The notes beneath the pieces are model-generated. The model worked only from the letters and a program-made list of their open reading frames with translations, did not search any database and was not told the DNA's origin. DNA of 64,000 bases, from NCBI GenBank assembly GCA_040767965.1, contig JAXGNR010000010.1, forward strand, positions 53,420-117,419, written 5' to 3'. Within the stretch, counting starts at the first letter, position 1. Each line of letters begins with the position of its first letter. The translations under genes and the position numbers were made by a program. Positions 62,153-64,000 of this stretch are shown here, piece after piece. This DNA is from Atribacterota bacterium (GTDB lineage Bacteria > Atribacterota > Phoenicimicrobiia > Phoenicimicrobiales > Stramentimicrobiaceae).

Positions 62153-64000
62153 ATGAGTTGTGATGTATCAGAGATTATCCAGGAATTAGAAAATGACTTT
62201 ACCATTCGACCTTATTTAACTGCAATTGAAAAAATACCTTCGAAAGAAGCTCAATTTACTGATTTTCCGCAATGGCTGAATAGCAACTTAATAAATATAT
62301 TAAAAAAAGATGGCATTAGCCAATTATACTCACATCAGGCCAGCGCTCTTGAGTCAGTTAAAAATGGGGGAAATATCATTACTATAACCCCTACCGCCTC
62401 CGGCAAAACACTCTGTTATAACTTACCGGTGCTAAATTCGGTTATAGAAAATCCCGGTGCCCGTGCGATTTATCTTTTTCCCACCAAGGCACTTGCTCAA
62501 GATCAGTTGGGAGAGTTGTACCACTTAATAGAAGAACTAAAAAAGCCCATAAAAACTTTTACCTATGACGGGGATACTCCGGTTTCTGCCAGATCTGTCA
62601 TCCGCAAGCAGGCCAATATAATAGTTACCAATCCGGATATGCTTCATACCGGTATTTTGCCTCATCATACAAAATGGTTACAGCTTTTTCAAAACTTAAA
62701 ATATGTAGTAATGGACGAAATACATATCTATCGAGGAGTGTTTGGCAGTCATATGGCAAATGTGATTCGCCGGTTAAAAAGAATTTGTGAATTTTATGGT
62801 TCAAATCCGCAATTTATCTGCTGTTCTGCCACAATTGCTAATCCGTTGGAATTTTCTGAGAAAATTAGTGGAGAGAAGTTTTCTCTGATCAATAACAATG
62901 GAGCTCCCAGTGGAGAAAAGTATTTTATGTTTTATAATCCACCGGTAGTTAACAGGCAATTGGGAATCCGAAAAAGCTTAATCAAAGAAACAGCCAGACT
63001 GGTCAGTAAATTTTTAAATCATAATATTCAAAGTATTGTTTTTGCCCGCAGTCGATTGACTACTGAACTTTTGACCAGTTATTTAAAAGATTATCTTGTT
63101 AAAATAGGTCATGATAAAGATCAGGTTAGAGGGTATCGGGGTGGATATTTACCAAATCTACGCCGTGAAATTGAAAAAGGCCTTAAAGAGGGGAAGATTA
63201 AAGGGGTAGTCAGTACTAATGCCCTGGAGCTGGGAGTAGATATAGGTCAGCTGGATGCTTGTTTTATAGCCGGTTATCCAGGGACAATTTCCAGCACCTG
63301 GCAACAGGCGGGCAGGGCCGGCAGACGTACAAATTCTTCTGTTGCTATCCTGGTAGCATCAAGTGTACCACTGGATCAATATATGATAAATGCTTCTGAG
63401 TATTTTTTTCAGGAAACACCGGAAAGTGCAGTGATTGATCCTAACAATTTAAGTATTCTAATGAGTCATATTAAGTGTGCTGCTTTTGAATTGCCTTTCA
63501 TTGAAGGAGAAGAATTTGGTTCAGAAAAGCTGGAAGAAATTTTAGAATTTTTAGAAAGTAAAAAAGTAATCCATTTCTCAAAGAATAAATGGCACTGGAT
63601 GAGTGAAGCATACCCGGCAGATGAAGTTAGTTTGCGGAGTGCTTCCACAGATAATTTTGCTATTATCGACATCAAAGAGGGAGAAAATAAAGTTATTGGA
63701 GAGGTTGACAGGGAAAGCGCACCAACAACTATTCACGAAGGTGCAATTTATATTCATGAAGGAGAGCAATTTACTATTACCAGATTAGATTATGAGGATC
63801 ATAAAGCTTATGCCAAAAAAGTAGATGTGAATTATTATACCGACGCCCAGGTAGAAAGTCATATCAAAGTTTTAGATGTTTTTGCAAGCCAGAACAAAGA
63901 AATATCAGGACATCAACATGGGGAGATAGCTATTACATCTATTTCTACTATGTATAAAAAAGTAAAGTTCTATACCCATGAAAATTTAGGCTATGGTCAG
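62153..64000 (+). CDS. DEAD/DEAH-box helicase of YprA/MrfA (DUF1998) type, truncated at the window end and absent from the ORF track
   Basis: Manual translation: LYSHQ, TPTASGKTLCYNLP, FPTKALAQDQ, TNPDMLH, DEIH, SATIANP, YRGGY, TNALELG, QAGRAGR; AGGAG RBS. Confidence 0.9.
   Translation, partial: MSCDVSEIIQELENDFTIRPYLTAIEKIPSKEAQFTDFPQWLNSNLINILKKDGISQLYSHQASALESVKNGGNIITITPTASGKTLCYNLPVLNSVIENPGARAIYLFPTKALAQDQLGELYHLIEELKKPIKTFTYDGDTPVSARSVIRKQANIIVTNPDMLHTGILPHHTKWLQLFQNLKYVVMDEIHIYRGVFGSHMANVIRRLKRICEFYGSNPQFICCSATIANPLEFSEKISGEKFSLINNNGAPSGEKYFMFYNPPVVNRQLGIRKSLIKETARLVSKFLNHNIQSIVFARSRLTTELLTSYLKDYLVKIGHDKDQVRGYRGGYLPNLRREIEKGLKEGKIKGVVSTNALELGVDIGQLDACFIAGYPGTISSTWQQAGRAGRRTNSSVAILVASSVPLDQYMINASEYFFQETPESAVIDPNNLSILMSHIKCAAFELPFIEGEEFGSEKLEEILEFLESKKVIHFSKNKWHWMSEAYPADEVSLRSASTDNFAIIDIKEGENKVIGEVDRESAPTTIHEGAIYIHEGEQFTITRLDYEDHKAYAKKVDVNYYTDAQVESHIKVLDVFASQNKEISGHQHGEIAITSISTMYKKVKFYTHENLGYGQ

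Noticed and set aside
1-64000. Numerous short ORFs antisense to or overlapping well-supported genes (e.g. 1027-1251, 24128-24475, 61181-61540, 63466-63788)
   Set aside because: Shadow frames of conserved CDSs, with no RBS or recognisable motifs
1-64000. CRISPR arrays, tRNA, rRNA
   Set aside because: No regularly spaced repeats, cloverleafs or rRNA signatures seen by eye

Overview
AT-rich bacterial chromosomal window from a probable anaerobic heterotroph (gene content resembles Atribacterota-like genomes; this is an impression, not a determination). No rRNA, tRNA or CRISPR array was found. From left to right: (i) MFS transporter, flavoprotein disulfide reductase, a yybP-ykoY (Mn2+) riboswitch-controlled Ca2+/cation antiporter, and transaldolase; (ii) an Rrf2-iscS-nifU-YHS and cysK/cysE sulfur locus with a shared 21-bp operator, interrupted by an intact IS110 element whose bridge RNA, GT core and circle-junction promoter can be read directly from the sequence, inserted at a REP-like palindrome; (iii) Fe-ADH, two UxaA-type large subunits and an FAH-family gene; a MoxR-DUF58-DUF4129 operon; cyclase, MBL-fold, NCS2, TauE, GGT, SDR and Hsp20 genes; (iv) a very AT-rich island (~29.3-48.2 kb) with IS1202-like and IS481-like relics and a putative uncharacterised organic-acid catabolic cluster: two non-canonical enolases lacking the GDEGG general acid, a divergent MOFRL glycerate-kinase-like enzyme, two mandelate-racemase-family enzymes, a TRAP transporter, a 2-hydroxyacid dehydrogenase, an FAH and a C69 peptidase; (v) RRM protein, an ISLre2 element, patatin, MFS, a DUF1537 kinase-PdxA2-LarA-like operon, two aldolases, LarA, split UxaA and a truncated YprA/MrfA-type helicase. 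Frameshifts cluster in patches (cysK, dctQM, second dehydratase, kinase, peptidase, MFS, patatin, two transposases), which suggests long-read indel errors at least in part.
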